Of a DNA stretch of 64,000 bases, positions 18,691 through 43,169 are shown piece by piece. Source of the stretch: Flaccisagitta enflata. Taxonomy: Eukaryota. The stretch covers positions 42,160,001-42,224,000 of the forward strand of contig OZ231126.1 of NCBI GenBank assembly GCA_965153355.1, given 5' to 3'. Made by a program: the position numbers and the translations under genes. A model generated the notes under the pieces. That model worked only from the letters and a program-made list of their open reading frames with translations, ran no database searches and was not told the origin of the DNA. How positions within the stretch are numbered: position 1 is the stretch's first letter; every line of letters begins with the position of its first letter.

Positions 18691-20071
18691 CACGCTCTTA
18701 TGAAGAGATACAATGACGCATCTATGTGCCAATGGTCAGATTACAGTTGGTAGGGAAATGTGATTGCGTAGACAAAACCAATAAAAAGAGATTATTTTGT
18801 TTTCCATCGAATCTCACGAATGATCGATCGACGCGAACGCAAGGAAAAAACTGCCGTCGGTCGGCGCGCGCGCGTGACGTATGGCGCAAAACGATGGCGC
18901 AGAGCCAAAGATCATTTTTTTAGTTCGTTTGTTCGCACACAATGCTCGCTGTCGCGTGGAGATTTGTATTTGATATAACTTGTTATATCATGGTTATACA
19001 TCAAATCGGGCAATCGTTGTAAGGCAACAGGAACGACGTGACAAATCATTCATGAAATGGTAAATGTTGCCGTTGTTCTTGTTGTTGTTGTTGTTGTTGT
19101 GGTGGTGGTGGTGGTGCAGGTGGCTTGAGCGGGATAAAGTGTCGTTAGGGGCTTATTTCCCATCAGGGTGGGATTAGGTGGTCTGTGTAGGTGGCTTGAG
19201 CGGGATGAAGTGTCGTTAGGGGCTTATTTCCCATCAGGGTGGGATTTGGTGGTCTGTGTTGTGGTGGTGGTGGTGGTGGTGGTGGTGGTGGTGGTGGTGG
19301 TGGTGGTGGTGGTGGTGGTGGTGGTGGTGGTTGTTGTTGTTGATGTGGTAGATGTTGTAGACGTAGTAGTTGCAGTACAAGTTGTTGTTATTGTTGTTGA
19401 AATTATTGCTTTGGTTGTCGTTGTTGTGGATGATGTGTTAATTTGCTTCATATTCAAAAAAGATATTATACCAGCCTTAGGTAACGGCTTTGATAACGGA
19501 ATGGATGCGTATATAACTTGAAACAAGGACGGATACACGGTTATCCCAGTCGTGTGCGCGTGAGCAGAGGTCGTATTTGAGGTCACAAGATCATTTGGGC
19601 AGGGGTAGTGAGTGCAAAGAATAAAAAACATTTTAAAAGAATAAAATGTGACGGACCGACCAACCGATGGACGGACGGACGGATGGATGGACGAACGGAC
19701 AAAAGCGGGGTGTAGAGTCGCGTAGAACGCGTCTAAAAAACAAAGGGTCCCTCATCGTCATAAGTTAATCATAATTTTTCACTCGAGTCTTAAGTTGTGA
19801 ACGCATACAGTAGAACAGGCGAGAGGAAATTCGAAGAGAAGGATGAAATTATAATGAGAGACTTAAAGATCTTATGATGACGGGGATCAAGCGTTGATTG
19901 GGAGAAGTTGGAAGGAAAAATGGAAAGGGAGGAACTTGAAGACGGCTTGACGATGGCGAAGTTGATGACATTGACGAAGGCGATAACGACGACGATGATG
20001 ACGACGAAACGGATATGGCGTCGGGGTTTGTCGCAAGCTTGCGCCGCGCCGCTCAAGCCTCACTTTTTTTT

Positions 20072-29336
<9,265 letters not shown>

Positions 29337-29867
29337 CTGTCATTTTTCATGAAACCTTTCAAAATACTAAGTTTCAAATTACTAAGTTTAACGATTTTAT
29401 TTCAAATGACATCGTTGAAAAATATCGACGGCGACGGTTTTATTTCTTCATTTACTTAGTCGGATACACTTATGGTAAAACAAACTACCATTACCAACCT
29501 GCCAACGGATGAACGGACGGATGGGGACGCGACGCAACGAATGAAAGTCAGGAATGATATCGCATGTGATATAGAAGGGAGACAAATCCCGAATTATTGG
29601 TTACCATCCGCTTTCCACTGCGATAATGGGAAAAAGTGTAGGAGAGGAAAAAAAAAGAAATCTGATGTCTGACAATCTCTTCTTTTTTTCGCACTTGGAT
29701 ACTGAATCCACACTCCATGGATATCATATCATACATTACACATATGTGCACAAGCTGCGCATGCTTATCCGGATGTGTTAAACAGTATATGATAGGTGGA
29801 ACAATATCCCTCAATATACCCAAACTGAAAAATATGGAAGAGGGCCTTGTGAGCCCTCAATGACTAG

Positions 29868-31453
29868 TTGTGTTCCACGATAGTGGAACACTATATATTC
29901 AGAGTTTCTCCGTCCGTGCGTCTGTGCGTCCGTCCGTCCGTCCGTGTGTCACACAACCCAGTTTTCTCCGAATGTGTGTCACAAAGCCCAGTATTCTCCG
30001 AATGTGTGTCACACAGCCCAGTTTTCTCCATTGTGTGTCACACAACCCAGTTTTCTCCGAATGTGTGTCACATAGTCCAGTTTTCTCCAAATATGTCACA
30101 CAGCTTTTCTCCAATGTGTCACTAGCTCAGTTTTCCCATTGTGTGTCAGACAACCCAGTTTCCAATATGTGTCACACAGTCCAGTTTTCTCCAATGTGTC
30201 ACACAGTCCAGTTTTTTCCAATGTGTGTTACACAGGCTAGTTTTTTGTGTGTCACACAACCTGTTTTTCTCCAAATGTCACACAGTCCAGTTTTCTCCAA
30301 ATGTGTCACACAGACCAGTTTTTCAATGTGTGTCACACAGTCCAGTTTTTTCCGAATGTGTGTCACACAGCCCAGTTTCTTCCAAATGTGTGTCACACAA
30401 CCCAGTTTCTTCCGAATGTATGTCACACATTCCAGTTTTTTCCGATTGTGTGTCACACATTCCAGTTTTCTCCGAATGTGTGTCACACAGCCCAGTTTTC
30501 TCCAAATGTGTGTTACACAGCCCAGTTTTCTCCATTGTGTGCCACACAACCCAGTTTTCTCTGAATGTGTGTCACACAGTCAAGTCTTCTCCGAATGTGT
30601 GTCACACAGCCCAGTTTTCTCCATTGTGTGTCACACAACCCAGTTCTCTCCAAATGTGTGTCACACAACCCAGTTTTTTCCAAATGTGTGTCACACAGTC
30701 AAATTCTCCAAATGTGTGTCACACAGCCCAGCTTTCTCCATTGTGTGTCACACAACCCAGTTTTTTCCGTATGTGTGTCACACAGTAAAGTTTTCTCCAA
30801 ATGTGTGTCACACAGCTCAGTTTTCTCCATTGTGTGTCACACAACCCAGTTTCATCCAAACATGTGTCACACAACCCAGTTTTCTCCTAATGTGTGTCCC
30901 ACAGTCCAGTTTTCTCCATTGTGTGTCACATAACCCAGTTTTCTCCAAATGCGTGTCACACAGTCCAGTTTTCTCCAAATGTGTGTCACACAGCCCAGTT
31001 TTCTCCAAATGTGTGTCACACAGCTCAGTTTTCTCCATTGTGTGTCACATAGCTTAGTTTTCTCTGTATGTGTGTCACAAAGCCCAGTTTTCTCCAAATG
31101 TGTGTCACACAGCCCAGTTTTCTCCAAATGTGTTTATGAGCCCCGGGTTATAAGCCCTGGGGTCATGAGCCCTGCAGTTATAAGCCCCACGGTTAGGAAG
31201 CCTGTGATCATAAACCCCGTGGTTATACGCCCTGCAGTTGTAAGCCTAGCGGTTTCAAGCCCTACGGTTATAAACCTCACAGTTTTAAGCCCCACAGTTA
31301 TGAAGACAGGCAGTTGGGCCGCCTACAGGCGGCCAATATGTATAACACAGATTTCTCTGAACATTGATATTGGATAACTCATTGGAATTATTGTATTATT
31401 ATTCATGCTCAATCAAGTTATCGTGGAACACATTATGGCGAACGCCACTTGTT
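29868..31453 (+). mobile_element. DINE-1/Helentron-like non-autonomous element with a central ~29-30-bp satellite
   Basis: 5' TTGTGTTCCACGATAGTGGAACAC (subTIR plus inverted copy), then (GTCC)n, an array of TGTGTGTCACACAGCCCAGTTTTCTCCAAA-like units (29945-31133), a 3' subTIR ATCGTGGAACACA, hairpin TGGCGAACGCCA and CTTGTT. Confidence 0.85.
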
Positions 31454-32056
31454 ACTATGCGCATCACTCCTAGTTTTCCATTTAGCGAAACTAATTTAGC
31501 AAACATCCATTCTGAGGCTAACCCAAACCACTAATGCTTACAAAAATAGCCCGGATATCACCCAGATATCACCCGGATGCACACTCGCAATTTTGTTCAT
31601 GTTACTTGTTCTTTCATGCTTTCTTTCGGAATTTTTTTCTTATTTATTTATAGAAAGAGATGAAACATCAGGTTGCCTTCTCTTTTTTTATCTATTTATT
31701 TGTTTATTTATTTTTTTTTGCGGTGCTGCATGCTGAAATATTAATGTTTTTGTTTTTAATCACACGAGGAAACCAATATCAACGCATTTTACTGATATGA
31801 GAAGAATGAATCAGGAAGTGTAGGAAAGCGCGTGCGGATCAAGGAAGATCAGAAGAAACCCATATCCTAGAATCAATCTTGCCCTCAATTTTCAAGATCA
31901 GTTGATTTCCCTCCTTCTTCCTTCTCTCACTCTCGCTCGTTTATTTTTCTTATTCATTCTCGTAAATTTATCAAAATAAATTGGCACGATTGAATATCAT
32001 CGTATTTTAAGCATTTTCTGTTGAGGGAATGAAGGAGGCGGGAGCTTACTCTAAAA

Positions 32057-32171
<115 letters not shown>

Positions 32172-32565
32172 TCAAATGGAAGTGGTCAAGAAGAGCCGAA
32201 AAAAACAGTGCAGTCTGATGAAAACAAGGCCGGATACACGGCCATCAGTTGCGGACGGGTGGGCAGGGGCGGAAATGCAACTGTCCGCAACTAAAAATGT
32301 TCTAAAACGCTTGTTTTCCCACTTTTTGACTCGTGCTGACGGACGGACGGACGGACGGACGGACGGACGGACGGATGGACGGACGGACGGACGGACTGAC
32401 GGACGGACGGAAAAAAGCCTCTTATAGAGTTGCGTGTCCGCAACTAAAAAAAAGGATGAGTTAAAGAACACGTGAAAGAAATCGAGTTAGTAGTACTGCC
32501 CAATACCCAAAGATAAAGAGCTGAGGGGGAAAAAGAGACAGAAAAACCAATTATTTTCGCCGTCG

Positions 32566-32611
<46 letters not shown>

Positions 32612-33567
32612 GTCGCTTGCTGAGCGACTCTATATATGTCGAGGTGCAAACAAACACCAAATTAGAGGAGTCAAAACATTTTTTTCATTATTTTAAATTC
32701 TATTAATTTAGACTTTTTTAATCAAAGAATGTAATTGTCATATTATATTTGTTTTAGTTTTGCATAGAAAATCATTTGCAGATAAAAAAAAGAGTGCTGA
32801 GCAAGTGAAAATGGGGAGAAAAAAGAAGGAAATCTAAAGAAAATTTATTTTTGCAACTTGATTTGTCTCAGGGAAAATTCTAAGACTCTCTCTAAATACA
32901 AAATTTTGCATTTTCAAAAACATGGCCTCATTCTAAGAACATATAAGATAAGGGCCATGTTCTTAGAAATGCAAAATTGTTCAATTTGTTCAAGTCTTAG
33001 AATTTTCCCTTCACAGGTTTTGAATTTTTGCACTACTATTTTTAAAGAATCTATTATTTCCAGTAATTCTTTCTTGTCTTTGTCAATAAAACAAAGCAAT
33101 GCCTTTATCTTACTAGGGTTTCTTTTCCTAATGAAATATCATCAAACTACAAAATTACATATTTCATTAAAATAATCACAAAATAATTGTAAATATAGTT
33201 ATAAAAAGAGACTGAAACCGAAATTTTATCTTCATTTGCACCTTGACATATGAGGGTGTGTCCCATATAAAAAACCCCGCCTTTCATCATACTGCTCCTG
33301 CCGACCTGCATTGCATTGTTTCCCCTGCCCACCCACCAAAGACTACTTTTTGGCCGTGTATCTAGCCTTGTCCTATCTATCTCTCTATCTATCTCCCCCT
33401 GACTTTTATCTCGGGGATTTTTCTATTCCCAAAAGAAGTCGATAATTATTGGGAACTGATATCTCACTGAGTGCTTCTATTTATCCCCCAAACAAAAAGT
33501 TGACCAGCAGTGAGACCGCTCAATATGAATGGGATGGAAAGGCTGGAGTAGATTTGCCCCCTGTGTA

Positions 33568-33600
<33 letters not shown>

Positions 33601-33998
33601 TGTGTGTGTGTGTGTGTTGTGTGTGTGTGTGTTTGTGTGCGTGTTTGTGCGTGCGTGCGTGCGTGCGTGCGTTTGATACACATACCGCCATGAATCAAAT
33701 TCATCGCTCCGAATGCGAAAGCGACTTTTCCATCTTATTGATTTCTTTTGCCCTCTGGGTTCGCTTCCGGCTGATTTCTTAACCTAAGCAACGCGGGCCC
33801 TTGGTTTGGGTAAGACAGATGAAGGAGAAAAGGGAAGGAGTGATAAGGATGTCAAGATGGAGATTGGAGTGATGTTTGCTTACTCCTTTATCCCTTGATT
33901 TGGTTAAGACAGAAGCGAGGGGGAGAAGGGATAAATGTAACATCATGGAGTGACGTATGATGAGGATTACAACAGATGCCCATATAGATTCATTAAGT

Positions 33999-34322
<324 letters not shown>

Positions 34323-35389
34323 ATGATGGCCTTCTTTCTTCCCCAATACACACAGCATATTTTTCTGACGCTCTTACTTTTTTGCGACTCAATGAAGAAA
34401 GTGGTTGCCCAATTTTCCATTATGTATTCTGATCTTTCGCTATTTCATCCTCCTCGACGAGATCTGCTCTTTATGGGTTCCAAGCAGGTGTCCAAATTTG
34501 CCGTTGTTGTGCATAAGATATGGGTACCATTGTTGAGAATAGCGAAGAAGGCTATCTTCAGACACGGGGAGAGGATGTGAACACGTTCACAACACAACAG
34601 CACAACAGTTGTTTTGGGGAGAGCCGGAGAGGGCATTGCTATTGAAGGCCACTCTGGTCCTCATTCATAAAAAGAGATGCAAAACCTGTGGGCAGGCCTC
34701 TAGATTTTGGAGCAGCGAGCAGCGCCGCTTCTCGGCAGGGAAAGGGAGATGTCGGCAGGTCCCAATGATAATAGAAGAAGAAGGAGGAGAAGAAAAAGAA
34801 GAAGAAGAAGAAGAAGAAGAAGAAGAAGAAGAAGAAGAAGAAGAAGAAGAAGAAGAAGAAGAAGAAGAAGAAAAAGAAGAAAAAGAAGAAAAAAGCAAGA
34901 AAAGAAACAGAAATACGAGAAGATTGAAAGGGAGATGATGGTAATTGCAGTCAGCATAGATATCATTTGCATATTGTAGTTTTACGATTATTGCTCTTGC
35001 ATAACCTAGGTGATACGGAAAACTGTGAGTTTGAATTAAAGATATCATAAAAACTTAGTCCTGTATGTTGTGAACTAAAAAAAGGACAATCTTAATCACA
35101 TTTGAAAATTATCAACATCATCATGTGTTTCATGAAGCCACCCGCCAAAAAAAGCTCTTCCACTGCATATTTTAGAATGCAATAATACACTTCGGTGGTG
35201 AGAGTTAACTTTAGTTTGGCAGGGTATTGTGTGCGGTGCTCGGCTGCTTAGTTACTACAGAGGGGTGCTTAGCTACCAAAAAAGGCGTTTAACTACCAGC
35301 TACTAATTTAGATACTTTTGATGATTTCCTTTAGATACTCAAGCATTTATTTAGCTACTTGAGACTGATACTTTTTGCTACGAAATAAC

Positions 35390-36058
35390 TTTTTGGGCAG
35401 CGGCCCCGAAGGGGACGAAGTCCTGTAGATACAGGGGGACTTTCGTTCGTCCGTCCGTTCATTCGTTCGTTCGTCCGTCCCCCCCCCTCAGGCCCCTCAG
35501 GCCTCAAATCTGGCCTCTCAGGCCTCAAATCTTGCCTCTCAGGCCTCAAATCTCGCCTCTCAGGCCCCAAATCTCGCTCTCAGGCCTCAAATTCAACCTC
35601 TCAGGCTTCAAATCTGGCCTCTCAAGCCTCAAATTAGGCCTCTCAGACCTCAAATCCAAATTCTAGGGCCTCAAACCTGGCCTCTCAGGCCTCTCAGGCC
35701 TCAAATCAGCAATCTAAGCCTCAATTTATTGCTCTCAGGCTTCAAATCAGTCCTGTGATTTCAAGCTTTGATCCAGCTCTCCCAAGCCTCAAGTCAGCCC
35801 TCTCAAGCTTCCAATTGGCATTCTTAGGCCTTATATCAACCTTCTTAGACCTCAGTTTAGGCTCTTGAAGGCCTTTGGTCAGCCCTCTATAGCATCTCAT
35901 CCCCTTTCTCAGGCAGGACGAACAAAAGTCCCCCTGTGTTCTACAGGACTTCGTCCCCTTCGAGACCGCTACCCTGCTTCCCCCTCCCTCCAATTCACAA
36001 TCACTCAAAGCAGGGCAACGGGTATGGCTGACCACATATTGCCCTTGGGCGACCTGTT
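35390..36058 (+). mobile_element. Element with ~45-bp subterminal inverted repeats and a central 21-bp tandem array
   Basis: TTTTTGGGCAGCGGCCCCGAAGGGGACGAAGTCCTGTAG ... CTACAGGACTTCGTCCCCTTCG, 3' hairpin GCCCTTGGGC plus GACCTGTT, and CTCAGGCCTCAAATCTGGCCT-like units. Relatives at 36333-37093(-), ~44110-44587(-) and 45337-~45750(+). Confidence 0.8.
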
Positions 36059-36091
36059 AATGACTGATATATACAGAATAAACCGTTATAA

Positions 36092-37208
36092 GAGGTGTGG
36101 AGGGACCAAAATTGTAGTAACCCCCCCTACAGCCCATATCATTGCATATATTTCTATACTCTGGGTAGTGGTTTCTATTTTAAATGAATACAAATTTTTT
36201 CATTAAGGCGATCTTTGAAATTCTATCAAGATCCTTTTCAAAATCTCTAATTTTCCTATTTTTGGAGAGTTTCAAAAATGCTTCAATTTTAGCATAAGAA
36301 TGTCAATTGTGGCGATTCTGAGATGAGTCTTAAAACAGGTTGCCCAAGGGCAATATGTGGTCAGCGATACCCGTTGCCCTGCTTTGCATGATTGTGAATT
36401 GTAGTGAGAGGAAGCAGGGCAGCGGCCCCGAAGGGGCCGATGTCCTGTAGAACACAGGGGAGTTTCGTTTGTTTGTTTGTCGTTTGTCCATCTCCCCCCC
36501 CCCAAGGCCCTCACAGTGCTGAAATCTGCCCCCTCAGGCCTGAAATCTGCCTTTTCAGATTCAAACTCTGAGAGGGCAGATTTCAGGCCTGAGAGGGCAG
36601 ATTTCAGGCCTGAGAGGGCAGATTTCAGGCCTGAGAGGGCAGATTTCAGGCCTGAGTGGACAGATTTCAGGCCTGAGAGGGTAGATCTTAGGCCTGAGAG
36701 GGTAGATTTCAGGCCTGAGAGGATAGATTTCAGACCTGAGAAGGCAGATCCAAGGTCTCAGAGGGCAGATTTCAGGCCTGAAAGGTCAGATTTCACGCCT
36801 GAGAGGGCAGATTTCAGGCCTGAGAGGACAGATTTCAGGTCTGAGAGGGTAGATTTTAGGCCAGAGAGGGTAGATTTCAGGCCTGAGAGAGTAGATTTCA
36901 GACCTGTGAAGGCAGATTCAAGGCCTGAGAGGGCAGATTCCAGGCCTGAAAGGTCAGATTTCAGGCCTGAAAGGTCAGATTTCAGGCCTGAGAGGGCAGA
37001 TTTCAGGCCAGGCCGAGGATGGGGACGGATAAACAAACGAAAGTCCCCTGTGTTCTACAGGACATCGTCCCCTTCGGGGCCGCTGCCCAAAAAGCCTGGA
37101 TGAAAAAATTTGTTTTTACCTAAAGTATAAGCCACTGCCCAAAAAAAAGAAAAAAAAAAACCTTAGTGTGGGCTGTAGGGGGGGTGCTATAACTTCCCTC
37201 CACACCTC
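36092..37208. mobile_element. MITE with GAG...CTC termini (Sola3-like), carrying a nested element
   Basis: GAGGTGTGGAGGGA...CCCCCCTACAGCCCA and TGGGCTGTAGGGGGG...TCCCTCCACACCTC; flanks are ATAA and TTAA (imperfect TSD). Confidence 0.55.
36568..37010. repeat. 21-bp minisatellite (CTGAGAGGGCAGATTTCAGGC)n
   Basis: About 20 tandem units; explains the ADFRPER pseudo-ORF. Confidence 0.95.
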
Positions 37209-37327
37209 TTAAAATAGTTCCTTCTGTATATTTTTTGTTCATTGCCTTTTGCTACTTACTGTAGATACTGGAGGTTCTCATTTGTCTTAAGAGGGAAAAT
37301 CTCTCTGTCTGTCTGTCTGTCTTTCTA

Positions 37328-37460
<133 letters not shown>

Positions 37461-38140
37461 CCACGTTTTCTTCCCATTGTCTTTCATGTCACTGTGATTT
37501 TTGTTGGATTTTTGTTGGATACAAAACCTTGTTCTTTACTTGCAGTCGTTTTATTCAGTGCCATATAGTGCTAAGGTATGACAAGAGAAATTTAGCTACT
37601 TTTTCAGATACTTGGAAAAAATTTTAGATATTTTTTAGATTTTTTAGCTGCTGGCAGCTAATTGGGCTAGGACCTTGTTGGCGGCCGAGGTGCGGTGGCC
37701 AGATCCAAGTCGACTAACCAGTGGTATCTGCAATGAAAAGTTAATCCTTTTTTTATATCAAGTTGAGTCGGCAGTGTTCGGGGGAAAATTTTTGCTTGTC
37801 GGCAGAAAAGAACAATCAAGAGGCCTGCCTGTGGGAAATTTTGAATGGTTTTCTTCGCGATTTTGTTTTTTTTTTTCCGAATCCTCCGCCAGAGTGAAGT
37901 TTTGATTCGTGTAGCTTCAGGCCGTAGAACATAAAACCCAGCCATCCCTTAGCCCTAACGCTAACCCTGTCCTTAACCCTAAAACCATCCCCAACCCCAA
38001 CCCTAACCCTAAGCCGAACCCTAACCCTAATTTAAAAACCCGCCTAGAAAGTCTTAAAAACAAAAGACTCATACAACCATTCATTTATACCAACCTAGAG
38101 TGCTTAAGATTCACCCCCCCCCTTTTTTTTCCCCAGCGTG

Positions 38141-38202
<62 letters not shown>

Positions 38203-38941
38203 GTTTGCGTGTTCCGGGGTAAAACAATAATTGGTAAATCTTCACAAGTAAAGGAGTTCGAGTTGGCCTCGGACCCTTAGCCCCGCCTACCAACCTTTCT
38301 AACCTTTTCAAAGCTCTTCCACCAATTAGCCTTCCTCTCTCCCTTTCCTTATCGTAATCATTTTCTGCAAAACGATCAAAGAACGGAGAGGGTCGATTCG
38401 AAAGGAGTTGGTAGTGGCCAGGTTTGTGGAGAAGGTAAAGTCAGTGCATGTGAATAACAAGTCCGGCCCACCCTCGCGCCCCTGATGACTAAAATTTAGG
38501 TTTGTTCTTATTTTTCGAGAGCCAGCCTATAAAAGCGGTGTTCAAAAAAAACTAAAAACAAGGTCGTATGCACGGACCCTCAGTCGCGGACGGGTGGGCA
38601 GGGGCAGTATAGAGTATACAATAGACCGATTGACCAACAGACAGACCGACCGACCAATGGACCGGCCAACACAGAAAGCCTAAGATTCTTATTCAATTAA
38701 GGTTTGGGGTCTTATTCATACGTGCAAGAGCCTAGGGGAGAAGAGAGAAAGGTACTGTTTACATGTTTACCACGTGCGACACAAAAGTCATCAACTTCGA
38801 TTTTCCTTATTTCACTTGTATCTGGCAATGACCTAACAATCATCATCAGATGATATCATTCACTTCGAAAGATGAGAAGAGAGAGAAGATCCAGAAAAAT
38901 CCAGGAGAACATTTTTCAGAGAGATAGCAAGAAATAAAGAG

Positions 38942-39066
<125 letters not shown>

Positions 39067-40075
39067 AAAGAAAAAAAAAAGGAAAAGAAAAAAAAAGAAA
39101 GATAAAAAATAAACGGGCAAAATATTTCATTTTCCAGATTGATTTTATTATTTTGTGTAATCAACGTAAAAACCCGCAGTGAGCAAATAATCCACGCTGA
39201 CTTGAATCGCTCATGGCTCTGTTCTCAACTTCCCATAACTGAGTGGTCAATCATTGCGTTAATTGGTCGGTCCGTTGTTCTGTCAGTCCACAACATTATT
39301 TAAATGAGAACATCTCTTTTTCATTGCCGTCCCTGCCCAACTGTGCGCAAGCGTGTATGTATTCCACCTTTTTAATCGCTGGTTAGGCGGTGCTATAGGA
39401 GGCCGTGTCTGAAGGAAGGTCCAAAGGTAGGGAACGCAAAATTTTGGATGACGCGAAATCGGCTGAAATGCAGATTTCTGAGTATTACGGCCCCTGCTCC
39501 GCCCACCCACATACTGCCCATGCCCACCCGAATTACTGCCCTTTCCCACCCGCATTACTGCCCCTGCCCACCCTCCAGCGACTACTTATTGGCCGTGTAT
39601 CCGGCCTTGTTTTTCAAGCAAGAGGCTACCGTCTGTTGGTGGTTTTCTAAATAATGCAATTTTTAAAGTTCTCTCTTACCTTTAGCTTTACATCTTAAAT
39701 CTTGTAGTTCTTTACTTACATCCTAAATACTGATATTTTACATTTTGCTTATTATACAGTACTGTATTGGTTATATCTTGGCCTTGAACTTCATCCCTTG
39801 TGTTTGACTAATAAAGTAGGGGAGAAACGAAGATGGGGAAAGGAGTTGTGGAATGTGGAAGCCATTTACAAGAGACTCAAGACTCAAGAATTAGTAAAGA
39901 ATGGATCTAAGGAAAGTAGGAGGTGATATATCATTTATATACTATCCGTCTTAAGCATCATGTCTGATATGAAGTATTTTGACAATCTGACTGCGGACAT
40001 ACGCAAGCAAGACGGATTTTTTTTTTGTTTTAACATAACGTGTCAATTATGTCCTTTTGTATTATGGAAAAGTTA

Positions 40076-40675
40076 CAGTACGATGGGAGCAATGACGACC
40101 TAGACTGGAGGATAGATTTTAGGTACCCTAATTTCATTAGTATCATGAAATATTTGAGATCTAGGCTAATTGAAGGTTGCTCTATTGAGTGAATGCATTT
40201 GCGTCTCTTAAACCTCAACTTGTGACTTGACCTCATCAAGACTTCATTTTTCAAGGTTCTAACCATTTTCATTAAATCAGGCGAAAAATTTGATATAATT
40301 TTGAAAAAAAAATCAGCTCAATTAGACCATTTTTACAGGTTTTACGGCTATGTTTAATAAACAAATGTTATGCAAATTAACTTTTGAGCAAAACTTAAAA
40401 TGGCAATAAAACCTGTAAAAATAAACCGATTGAGCTGATTTATTTTTCAAAACTGTATAAAATTTTCCACATAATCTGTTGAGATAGGTTAGAACTTTGA
40501 GAAATGAAGTCTTGATGAGGTCAAGTCACAAGTTGAAGTTTGAGAGACGCAAATATTTTCACTCAATAAAGCAACCTTTAATTACTCTAGATCTCAAATA
40601 TTTTATGATACAAACAAAATTAAGGTACCTAAAATCTATCCTCCAGTCTAGGTCGTCATTGCTCCCATCGTACTG
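40076..40675. mobile_element. Palindromic TA-flanked MITE (same TIR family as 9513-9950)
   Basis: TA|CAGTACGATGGGAGCAATGACGACCTAGACTGGAGG ... CCTCCAGTCTAGGTCGTCATTGCTCCCATCGTACTG|TA; inverted similarity extends over most of its length. Confidence 0.92.
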
Positions 40676-43169
40676 TAGACAAGAAATACTCGAAAGTATT
40701 GACACTATATTTGAATGCCATCTCTAAGATATAAATGAATAATTGCTTACAAAACAGGTGTATTTTACTTCCAATGGATCTCAGATTTTGGACCGCCTAT
40801 TGGGACTCGAGTCAGTATCTTATGTAGTCTGGATTGGTATAAAATAAAGATCTTCATCAAATTTGCATAAAAGCGGAAATCGTTTCCGCGTTTCTTCCGC
40901 ATAAAGATCGCTAAGATGGGAACAACGCAGGAACGAGGCTATGAATAAATGAATAAATGAATGAATTAATGAATGAATGAATGAATGAATGAATGAATGA
41001 ATGAATGAATGAATGAATGAATGAATGAATGAATGAATGAATGAATGAATGAATGAATCGATGAATGAATCAAAAAATGAGTGGACGAATTAATGAACGT
41101 TTGTCATTTATGTCAATTTGTCATTTTCTTTTTTAGTCGCGTGCACGCGACTCTACAACCTGGTCGGTCGGTCGGTCACGCTTAACTTTTTTGGCTGTTT
41201 TGGGCGGATTTGGGGTTACTGCTCCTGCCCAACTGCTTGGTTGGTCAATTTCATCACTGCCCATGCCCACCCGCACGCGACTTGGGTAGCCGTGTATCCG
41301 GCCTTTTTTTTTTTTTTTTTTTTTTGCGGACACGCAACTCAATAAGAGGTTTTGTCCGTCCGTCCGTCTGTCCATTGCATTGGTCCGGGGTCGTTGAGTT
41401 AAAAAGATTGAGTCAACGATACTGTGAACCCGTGTCACTTGCTTTTCAATTTCTACCCATGAAGTAATTTGCAGCATAAACGTATACACATATGCATACA
41501 CTAACATGCTGTGCATCAATGCATGCATCATGGAATGTGAAGGCACGCGACTGAGCGCTGTTGGGCGTGTTTTTTATGTTGATTCTTTTTTTATAATACG
41601 AATCCGAGGTCATATCGTAAAGTTTAATGGCCTCTAAAATGTAAAGATGAAGTCAAACAACCGCGTGCGCGCGAAAAAATATCATAACTTTTTAGTTGCG
41701 GACACTCCATTCACTTTTACATCTTTTTTCCTTCTATGTATATCATTTTTCCCCATCATTTCAGGGAAATAAACCGTTGTCATTCAAACGTTGATGTAGA
41801 TGTTATTCTTTATCATCATTATGAGTTGTTTCACATGAACCTCCTGTATTTAGTATACATTTCTTGACGTGGGTGCAATAATGAAGGGTCACAAGGAATT
41901 ATTATAGTGTTATGGCTTTGGTTATTAATTGCGATTATTTTTCTTTCTTGATGAGTGGTAGTGGACAAGATTATTGTTCGTTTAAATAATATCATCACAT
42001 GAAAATATTATAATCCAATAGAATTTTTGTATGAGCGGCGACGATTCATTCATTCATTCATTCATTCATTCATTCATTCATTCATTCATTCATTCATTCA
42101 TGCATTGTAATGATAGAAAAACATAAGGACTCACCAAACTATGAACAAGGCCGGATACACGGCCAATAAGTAGTTGCTTGTGGGTGGGCAGTGGCAGTAA
42201 TGACTAATGTGGGAGGGCAGGGGCAATATTCTGGTGGGCGGGGGCTTTAACGTGCCTGGGCAGGGGCCGTAATGCTCAAAAATCATTATTTTAGTCGATT
42301 TCGCGTCATCCAAAATTTCGCGTTACGGATCTTCGGACGTTCCTTCCTTCCTTCCTTCCTTCCTTCCTTCCTGCGGACACGCCCGCTTGTAGAGTCGCTT
42401 AGCAAGCGACTAAAAATGAATTCAGAGCTACTCTGTCAGAGAGTGATTTTGTAGTGGCAAGATAAAACAAAACCTAGACAAAACTATGATCGCTCTTATG
42501 AACCAACCAACGCAATACAGACACACAGACAGATAGATAGATAGACTGATTTGTAAACGCAAAAAAAAAAAACAAGCCCGACCAGGCAACGATGCGTCCT
42601 GAAGGTGTCTCTGCGTGTATTGACTTTGGCGCTAGACTTGGACGGACAGACAGATGAAGACGTAGTATCAAATGAGGCTCTCAAAATATCCTAACAACTT
42701 GATACAAGACATCATCACGGCTGAAAAGTGCCTAAGACACGGAGGAAGATAAAAGTGAATTAGCCAGTCACATAATTCTTGCATTTATTTTTGCATCGAA
42801 AACTGTTATTTTTGACCAACAACGTGTTCTACTGGCATAATAGATAGTAAATTGTCACTTTCCAGGCAGATGATACTCTGGTGGGCCCATTTGAGTCCAA
42901 ACTAAAGTGATATCTTCAAAAGAAAAATGAGAAAACCTCAAAAAACAGCTGTAATCATCAAGACATCATGATTTCTTTGATCTGTTACGGATACATTTTT
43001 TGTTTTCAGCTCCTGTTCTTAAATGAAATCCACTCAGGCTATCATCAGGTTTGTGTGAAAAAAATTGGCACTCTTGTTTTTAAAACTTAGATGCCGAAAT
43101 AAAAATAAATGTAAAAATAGCCAAAATGTAATGAAAAATGGAAAATTTTTGAAAAAAATGGTTCAGCCC

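Noticed and set aside
29870-31057. 395-aa Cys/His-rich ORF, or a CRISPR-like array
   Set aside because: It is the translation of a head-to-tail 29-30-bp satellite that is open in several frames. There are no unique spacers and no cas genes.
34325-34770. Coding-like unique sequence between microsatellites
   Set aside because: The frames I read contain stops, and I could not build a consistent splice chain or recognise a motif.
36477-37103. 208-aa ADFRPER heptad-repeat protein (also 44201-44473 and 45323-45823)
   Set aside because: A 21-bp minisatellite within a dispersed non-autonomous element, open on both strands.
37945-38030. Telomere or telomeric junction
   Set aside because: A short, degenerate interstitial CCCTAA-like tract with ordinary sequence on both sides.
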